Of a stretch of DNA of 32,361 nucleotides, positions 24,006 through 32,361 are shown one piece after another. The position numbers and the translations under genes were made by a program. The notes under the pieces were generated by a model. That model worked only from the letters and a program-made list of their open reading frames with translations. It did no database searches and had not been told where the DNA came from. The stretch comes from Octopus bimaculoides (taxonomy: Eukaryota): NCBI RefSeq assembly GCF_001194135.2, contig NC_068982.1:32024051-32056411 (forward strand), written 5' to 3'. The stretch's first letter is position 1, and the number at the start of each line of letters is the position of its first letter.

Positions 24006-25374
24006 TATGACGAAGGAATACTTCTTTCAAATTTATCTGTACCTAACAGTCATTACCACTATTACGATGTCTGGGGATCATCTCTCCTTTATTTATCATC
24101 CTATGTTGTCCTTTATTTTTCTCCCTTTGAAAACTATTTGGCCGCAATTTAGCAAAGGCTTTCAATGTGCTGATTTTTCTCTATTCTTGCTTTAATGCAT
24201 CATCAATGATACACATTAAGTACTCCCTTAAGTCGTCAGGTATACTTTACAGAAGACGCCCTTCATGCTGCCGGAACACGCTCCAACGATGCATAACTTC
24301 CGTACCGATAACAATCAGCAGTCTCCCACAAGCCCATCCACCTAACACTGTCCAGAGTAGCATAACCACATTTTTCTCAGAATAAATCAGAAACATCCCG
24401 GCTCCGGTTTTTACAATACACTCCACATGGCATGCTGGTGCTATTATTTATTATTTTAGTTCTTTATGATGAATCATTTGTTATTATATCTTATTTATGA
24501 TATTTATTTGTTTTCTTTGTTTTCATTATTTCATTACTTTCGTTATATTCATATTTTTTTCTTTCACCTATAAAAATGAAATTATCTATTTCATTCATGT
24601 TATGTACTTAGTAAGGTGGCCAAACTATAAAAACATTGATGATTATATGCGTTGTATTGAAGGTAAATATGAAATTAGTGTGCTGAATAATTACAATTAA
24701 ATTAAGGAAAGAAATGTATGTATAAATGGCTGTAAAAAGTGACATAATTGAAACAAAATTTTATTCCATGCTAATGATAAATAAATATAAGAAATATATA
24801 TCTTAAATGTTTATATTTCTTCCAGCATGTTTATAATTTTTACTTTGATTATTATTAATTTTAATAATATTTGTGGTTATAAACATGGCATATATCGACT
24901 AATGTAACAGTTGTTCGAAATATATATCAGACAATGATGCACTCTATTCTGCTAAGATTTCGTATTCTATCAATGAAACCTAAGAGCTGCTTTATTAACT
25001 GCCTTGCTCAACAAGTAATATATAGAGACTGCAAAATTTATAAATAGTAAACCTTAAGACTTAAGGAATAGTGCAATGGTTTGCTTCAACGTTTAGTATG
25101 CTAAACGTTTAAAATTGAGATAAATTTACCATGAAAAAGAGAAAAAAATCAAACGCTTTGAGTGGGTACACCATGCCAAATAGGTGAGATATCCCAAACT
25201 TATTAATCTTAGTTTTCAACTGATTACCACAAACCAACTTAGTACCTAGTAGTATGTATACTATCTAAATTGAAATCGCATTACTTGGAGAACTGCTTTA
25301 CATCTAACAAATGATATTGTTAATTTTTTTAGGTGTAAATGTGTCATTTAAATATTTTCACAGTAAAACCTGAA

Positions 25375-25930
25375 TACGAGGGTTGCACCTGCGCCGCTAG
25401 GTGACATTATTCTAGCGGTGGAGTAGTGGGTAACACTTAGTATAGGTACATAGTGGAATTATTCGAGATTATGATAGGACGAGGTTCATGTGTTACGTTG
25501 GCTTAGTTGGCCACGTATGTAAGTTATGCTTCCGTAAAAGAAGATGCCACTATCGTACTAAAGACAGAGTGCAGAGTTATCACAACTAAGAGTGACTAGT
25601 AAAGTTATATTTCTAATTGAATTTTTTCAAGGCATTTGTATTGTCTTCATTTGGATGCGATATATGATGTCGGTGGGTATTGCAGGAAAACTGTTGCATA
25701 TATGTCCGCGATTCTTGCCCATGGAACATGGGCATTGTGGACATAATCTTCAAAACAAACTATGAGAAACCTTCTAGGAAGGTTGGGAACTGCTGAACGC
25801 TCTTGCATTATTATATTACTAACTACAACGGTTATTGATGTAGATGGTAGAATCCGTACACTATGAGAAAATATTCTGCTACGATTGCTTTGGCTATACA
25901 TTCTTCAAGATTTGATACAAGTACCCTTTA
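25375..25930 (+). mobile_element. Possible decayed mariner fragment
   Basis: Begins TA-CGAGGG, a mariner-type TIR start. Later frames give ILAH (cf. LLHDNA) and GWELL (cf. GWEVLPHP). No right TIR found. Confidence 0.35.
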
Positions 25931-26229
25931 ATGTTACAAGGATGTTTACTTTTAGAACAACCATCTCTTAAAATCTGTGGTATTGAGCTACTTTTATGAA
26001 TCGAGAATATTAATGGAAATACAATTCGGTAAAAAGGTTATTTCGAAATATGAATATAACAGACAAAATAGGTCTCGTAATCACAATTCTTTTATGCGAA
26101 AAAATATTCTCGCAAACTTACTGTAAGATATATTGCTTTAGAGCGGATTCTGAATATTGGTAGAGACGTGATACTATTTTAGTTGTTAGTCTGAAGACTG
26201 TGTTTGTGTATGAATTAATTTCACTATTG

Positions 26230-26295
26230 TACACACACATACGCACACACGCACACACATACACTCACTCTCACACACATACTCACACATACATG

Positions 26296-26390
<95 letters not shown>

Positions 26391-26391
26391 A

Positions 26392-26425
<34 letters not shown>

Positions 26426-26580
26426 CATACATATATATACATGTATATGCGTACATGTATATATACATATAATTACGTACATAACATAAGCATACATATA
26501 TAAATATGTGTAGTATACATATATGTATATATACATATATATACATATATATACACATATCTATATTTATATATATATAT
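26230..26580. repeat. Compound microsatellite: CA-rich, (TA)~39 (26302-26380), TG-rich, then TATACA-type
   Basis: Seen directly. Confidence 0.96.
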
Positions 26581-26769
26581 GATATGTTATGAAAGACGGA
26601 AAAAATAGAAAGAGGAGTGGAAATAGGAGAGATTCAGTAAGTGAAGATATTTTATTGAAAATCCGAGTAAAAGGTCAGTTATGCAGTAATGAATAAATCG
26701 ATTAAATTTGTCTCATAGTTCAGATTTTTTCGTTTGTGTTGATATACATAATCAGAGAATTCTAAGTTA

Positions 26770-26940
26770 TATATATATAGATATATATAGTATATAGTAT
26801 ATGTATATACATTTATATGTATGTACATGAATATATATATATTTGTATGCATATGAAGATACATATATAAATACATATGTGTGTGCGTGTATAGATGTGT
26901 GTATGTATGTACGTATGTATGTATTCATGCATATATGTTT
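26770..26940. repeat. Degenerate TA/TG/TATG low-complexity tract
   Basis: Seen directly. Confidence 0.85.
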
Positions 26941-28391
26941 TATGAGTTTATGTATCTCAGAAAATTCTAAGTATATACATAATTTAGTCTGTTTCCTTTG
27001 ACAGCATATATTTCGATAAAATGCCTCTGAGATCAAATGACTTTGTTTTTTGCATCTAAAACAATTTAATTGAATTACACCAGCTTTTGTTTTAATAAAT
27101 CTTTCTAAGGTACAATGTCAATTTTCCACGAGAAAAATAATGATGTCCTCAATAATTGTCTGGCACTATGCAATAATCTAATGTCACTCCCTTTTTCCAA
27201 CAATAATGTTGTTTTGTCTTACAGAGTTATACTTTTGCTCTAAAATAATTATGGATTTGATGAAATGAGAATGTGTTGTACGCGTAACATTTCTAGGAGC
27301 ATTGTAACTTGATTTCGATGATACATTTATAGTCTTTCCTGCTTAAAATCGATATTGACTTGCCAGTCAATAACGACTTCATTCAATTAAATAAAGCGAC
27401 TGTGTTCCAGGGTGTGATGTTGCCAATGATCTAAATCATCTATATTAACAGTTCTTATTTTATTGAACTTTTTATTTCAGTAGCAATATTTTTACTCAAA
27501 GGCGGTAATGTATATGACTTTATACAATATTCTATCTTTTACGGATTTTAGTCTATTGAATCATTTGCTTAATTTATTGGATTTCAGCTCTATATAAACA
27601 TCCGTCTTGACCACATGTGTATATATGTATATACATACATGCTTACATATGTATTTATATCCAAGTATATATATATATATATATAATCTGATCATTCTGA
27701 AGCCATATGATTAAACATGTTCACTCAGTCACTATGTAATAACGTGTGAGTAATAATCTCATCTCATATGAATGGCGATATATTTTCCCATGTAAAATTA
27801 TATCCTAAACAATCTCTAGGAGGCGTATATACATACTTGAATCTTAGTGGCAGCATTTCAATTTCGAATAAGTTCAAAATGCTATTGCATAAAATATAAG
27901 TTCAGAGACACTCAAAAGGCATTTGCATGGGATCTATTGAGAAATATATTATGTCACCTACACGCAAATATTAAAATGTTCCTCCGTTGTATTCGTGTAC
28001 ATATGTCTCCTGACAGCTAACAATGAAGTCTAAATTGAATCCAAAAAGGTAATTTTTATCCCACTTTGTATTTATTTATATACCCAGGTTTCTATATTCC
28101 TACGTATCAAATACTATTATTAAATTTAAGTAATTGCATATCATTGGAACAGATGTGTTTACAGCTAACTGTTCTTGTTTCTGTTCTAAGTCACTCAACT
28201 ATGGAGGAAATGTAGAAACTGGTTTTAGCAAATAAAGATGCTCGGACGTGCTCTGAGAATGTTTGAACATGATTTTGTTTTGGTATTTTTCACTAATTTA
28301 ACCGAAGTGGTCTAGACTATAATGAAGAACAAATGTTTAATATATACCATGAATTTTAATACACAACTTCTCACTAATATTTGATATAGAT

Positions 28392-28592
28392 AAAGCAATG
28401 ACCTGGCAGAACCGCTAGCATGCTGGGCAAAATGGTTAGCGGCATTTCGTCAATGTTTATGTTCTGAGTTCAAATTTCGACCTTGCCTTTCAGTCTTTCA
28501 GAGTCGATAAAATAAACGCCAGTTGAGTACTGGGGTCGATGTAATCGACTTGTTCCCTCCCTATAAATTGTTGGTCGTGTGTCAAAATTTGC
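28392..28592 (+). mobile_element. tRNA-derived SINE (family A) with a short internal deletion
   Basis: ctggcagaaccgctagc...ttagcggcatttcgtc...gttctgagttcaaatt[deletion]tcgaccttgcctttc...ggggtcgatgtaatcgact, homologous to 23771-24005. Confidence 0.85.
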
Positions 28593-29505
28593 ACACTACA
28601 TAAGATATATTTATAAATCTACACTTCTTTGTGATTATTCAAAACCGTTTTCTGGCAAGAATTTAGCATAAACCACAATACAAAAGCATAATTTTTCTCT
28701 TGGGTAGTAAATGTAGCAGTATTTCCTTCCTAATCGAAATTTGTCCTGCATTAAGAGGGTGGTGGAGAAGCATTTAAAGAAACTCGTATCAATAACATAA
28801 TAATTTTCCTGCTTATTCTACCATCCACTACCAGCACCACAAATGTTTTCACTCTAGAAAAAAATAGGTAAACAACGAAACCATTCATCAATTCATTAGC
28901 TTCTTAATTGTTTGACTATGACTGCCAAATCAAAAAGATTTAGTCAGATATTGTACCACAACTTCAAACAATTCATATCTTCCCAGACTACGATAAAGCA
29001 AAAAATAAAATACTTCCTCTTTAATAAGATCTTCTATTTCCTTTAACTTTCTATGAAATCACTTTCATAATTTCCAGTCATTACTGTTAAACTGTTTCCT
29101 CGTATCCACTATTGTCTAGTTTAAAATTATCATAATTTGATGGAGAGTAATTTCTTATTATTATTCGCTTCTTCACAGATCTCTTCTTCAAAGGTTTCAA
29201 GTCACTCAACTTGAACAATCTCCAAATTTATTTCCTCCTTAAAAATTACGGTATAAAAGAAATAACATATATGTCCTTCATAATGTTAGACAAAGTGGTG
29301 TAGTTATTTCACTGCATTCGTGTGAATACATAAAACAGACATATTATTTATGATTAATACATGAATATGTGTATATACACAGGAGTGACAGTGAATGGAA
29401 GCCACAGATCGAGAGAGTAGATAAATAGATCGAAAGACTGATTGATATATAGATACATTTCCACATCTACATAGCTTTACGCATACACACACACATATAT
29501 ATATG

Positions 29506-29547
<42 letters not shown>

Positions 29548-29940
29548 NNNNNNNNNNNNNNNNNNNNNNNNNNNNNNNNNNNNNNNNNNNNNNNNNNNNN
29601 NNNNNNNNNNNNNNNNNNNNNNNNNNNNNNNNNNNNNNNNNNNNNNNNNNNNNNNNNNNNNNNNNNNNNNNNNNNNNNNNNNNNNNNNNNNNNNNNNNNN
29701 NNNNNNNNNNNNNNNNNNNNNNNNNNNNNNNNNNNNNNNNNNNNNNNNNNNNNNNNNNNNNNNNNNNNNNNNNNNNNNNNNNNNNNNNNNNNNNNNNNNN
29801 NNNNNNNNNNNNNNNNNNNNNNNNNNNNNNNNNNNNNNNNNNNNNNNNNNNNNNNNNNNNNNNNNNNNNNNNNNNNNNNNNNNNNNNNNNNNNNNNNNNN
29901 NNNNNNNNNNNNNNNNNNNNNNNNNNNNNNNNNNNNNNNN
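29548..29940. other. Assembly gap (N), preceded by (CA)n(TA)n
   Basis: Run of N seen directly. Confidence 0.99.
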
Positions 29941-30019
29941 CGATCTGATTGTCACACAAAAAGTCTAAGCTAAGAATATTAGATTTTTTTGTAAGCAAGC
30001 TAGGGAATGTGTACGGCAA

Positions 30020-30260
30020 CAACGACAAAAAACGGAGAACATGGTACACAATTACAAATACAAACAACAAGAATATAACAACAGGTCTCTTTCGACTGAG
30101 AACGAATCAAATTGAGCCGGCGTGTAGAAGTGACAGCCTAAAGACAGGAACATGGGAGATGGACACAAGAGGTTTTGGCAGTCGGCAATCAGGCCAAGAA
30201 AGAATGATCATGGATAGCGGGACACCGATCACGTGGAAGGAGGACAGAGGGTAGGGGGCT
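30020..30260 (+). mobile_element. Possible RTE-clade LINE 3' end remnant
   Basis: HGRWTQEVL (cf. D.RWT..VL.W) and gcgggacaccgatcacgtggaaggag (cf. AQDR..WKE) across frameshifts. Confidence 0.4.
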
Positions 30261-30554
30261 GCGAGATTGAAGGAGTAAAAAAACATCAAAGACAAAGAGA
30301 AAGGTACAAGGGAGATAAATGAGGAGGAAAAGTGGGAGTTAAAGAAAGAGAGGGCCAAAAAATGTGACAGAGAGAGAGAGAGCGGGGAGCAAGAAAAAGG
30401 ACAGAGGAAGAAAGTATGAGGTGGAGTAAAAGATAGATTAAAACGGTCGTTCAAAATTTAGATACATACCTACTATAAGGTGAGCACAAGTGTGTACACC
30501 GCTATATGCATATATATTCATTCATATAAATATATAGATATCTCTGTCATTCTC

Positions 30555-30608
30555 CCTCTCTCTCTCTCTCGATATATATGTGTGTTTGTGTGTGTGTGCG
30601 TGTGTTTT

Positions 30609-30641
<33 letters not shown>

Positions 30642-30749
30642 GTGCGCGTGTGTGTGTATGGCAAATATATAAATACATTTGTCGATATATATTTGCATAC
30701 ATAAATGCACGCATCCTCACGCGCACACATATATGCAGCAAACGTACAT

Positions 30750-30780
<31 letters not shown>

Positions 30781-30800
30781 TGCACATACATATATCTGCA
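30555..30800. repeat. (CT)n/(TG)n tract followed by a (CA)n tract
   Basis: TG-rich 30578-30658 and CA-rich 30718-30790 seen directly. Confidence 0.93.
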
Positions 30801-31372
30801 TGTGTTTTGTTCTTGTTGCTGTTGTTTTCTGTCCAAAATTGTTTTCCAACCCAGTATTGACATGCTATTATTCATAGCTTGATGAGATGTGCTTCGATGT
30901 CAACTGCTACAAAAAAGAATTATTATAGTGATGTAAGTAAATATCGAAACACATTGAGTTTTTATGATAACTATTCCAAATATATGTTAAGAGCAGCAGT
31001 ATCCTGAGTGAGTTAAGTGCGAGAGGCTGAGTAATCCATCGATTGTTGTAATCTGCAGTTTGTAAACAAAATCACCATAACAAGATCTATCACAGAGTTG
31101 TTTATTTAAATTACAAACACCGTGCACACGTGAGTTTTCATCAGAGATTGGCAATATATAAGATTTTAAATACAGAGTGTGGCAGAAATCTAATCTAGTG
31201 GTGGTCTACATTTAGGAAAGTCTTGTGCATGTCAGCTTCCTCCAGCACGTTCTGTGTGACCTGGAAGAGTACTTAACATCTATTACAGCCGTTAAGTAGA
31301 TAAATGCAATTTTGGTTGCCGGATATTTGAGATGAATTCTCAAGTGATTTCCCGCTGGCATCTTCAGACATA

Positions 31373-31454
31373 GGATTTGAACTAAGAATGTAGAGAGCCG
31401 GAAGAGATACTGTACAGCATTCCTGCGAGGGCGCCAAAGATTTTCCACACTCCC
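31373..31454 (-). mobile_element. Decayed 5' part of a family A-like SINE
   Basis: ggatttgaactaagaatgtagagag...cagcatt...gcgccaaagattttccac resembles the reverse-complement head (gaatttgaactcagaacgtaaag...aagcatt...gctaacg.ttctgccag). Confidence 0.4.
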
Positions 31455-31529
31455 ATCCGCAGAACAATGTGAAATGAAGTGATGACGTGTTGTGTTATAT
31501 ATATATATCTATATATATATATATATATA

Positions 31530-31711
31530 NNNNNNNNNNNNNNNNNNNNNNNNNNNNNNNNNNNNNNNNNNNNNNNNNNNNNNNNNNNNNNNNNNNNNNN
31601 NNNNNNNNNNNNNNNNNNNNNNNNNNNNNNNNNNNNNNNNNNNNNNNNNNNNNNNNNNNNNNNNNNNNNNNNNNNNNNNNNNNNNNNNNNNNNNNNNNNN
31701 NNNNNNNNNNN
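31530..31711. other. Assembly gap (N), preceded by (TA)n
   Basis: Run of N seen directly. Confidence 0.99.
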
Positions 31712-31778
31712 ATACATATACAAAACACCTAATTACTTACATATATACATATACGTATACACACATATATACATACAG

Positions 31779-31820
<42 letters not shown>

Positions 31821-31925
31821 AACGTATATATTTAGGAATTAGTGTGTATTTGTGTGCATACATACGTACACACTTGTATTAATAGATACATACATACATA
31901 TATACATACATATGTACACATATTA
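31712..31925. repeat. TA/TACA compound microsatellite region
   Basis: Seen directly. Confidence 0.9.
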
Positions 31926-32314
31926 AAGTTTGTAAAGAAACGATGGAACAAGCAACTGCACACTAACACAGCAGACACACACACAGCAGACACACATATC
32001 CATACAGAGACACTCGTATTTCTAAGCAGATAAAATTTCTCACATTCATAATCAGTAGCTCAAAAAATAAATAAAAAGAATACCGCACTGTTATAAATTA
32101 GATATGTATGATAATAAGACCTCTGATAAATTAGAAATGTATGATTATTAGGCCTCCACTGATAATTGGGATGTAACACAGGAAATCTTGAGATCAAAGA
32201 CTCTGGAATTTCATACGGATATTTATTTTTATACGTTAACAAACAGATTGTGCTGATTTCAGCATATATAGATCTCTATCGTCACATTAACGTTCACTTA
32301 ACGATTTGGTATAA

Positions 32315-32321
<7 letters not shown>

Positions 32322-32361
<40 letters not shown>
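32322..32361. repeat. (TA)n microsatellite running off the window end
   Basis: Seen directly. Confidence 0.97.

Noticed and set aside
26186-26558. YI/HT/CV-repeat ORFs (also at 10841-11138 and 30480-30882)
   Set aside because: Dinucleotide microsatellite translations.
28900-29270. Possible very old LINE C-terminus on the minus strand
   Set aside because: Only vague motif echoes; not supportable.
31212-31467. Minus-strand ORFs with a fleeting histone H2A-like look
   Set aside because: No real H2A alignment; part of the region is better explained as a decayed SINE head.
1-32361. CRISPR array, operon or other prokaryotic defence system
   Set aside because: No repeat-spacer array and no dense ORFs; the content is typical of metazoan repeat-rich non-coding DNA.

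Overview
An AT-rich eukaryotic genomic window, rich in microsatellites and with five N-gaps. It looks intronic or intergenic. The repeat landscape (tRNA-derived SINEs, TA/TG/TAA/GAT tracts) strongly resembles an Octopus (coleoid cephalopod) assembly; this is an inference from recognised repeat families. I find no confidently identifiable host gene. Almost all coding-like signal comes from transposon remnants: the intact C-terminus and 3' UTR of an R4/Dong-type RLE retrotransposon ending in (TAA)14 (1-345), a 1.5 kb decayed Helitron Rep-helicase (about 15170-16690), a decayed CR1-group LINE RT with its 3' tail (about 17540-18905), several RTE-clade LINE remnants, a Gypsy-like integrase fragment beside an LTR-like segment, mariner fragments plus a mariner-type MITE, and about seven SINE copies from two families. 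The main unexplained signal is a 152-codon minus-strand open frame (21819-22274) that may be a terminal exon; it lies between two oppositely oriented copies of one SINE family. No prokaryotic-type system (CRISPR, operon, rRNA/tRNA gene) is supported. Motif matches are by-eye translations, and boundaries of decayed elements are approximate.
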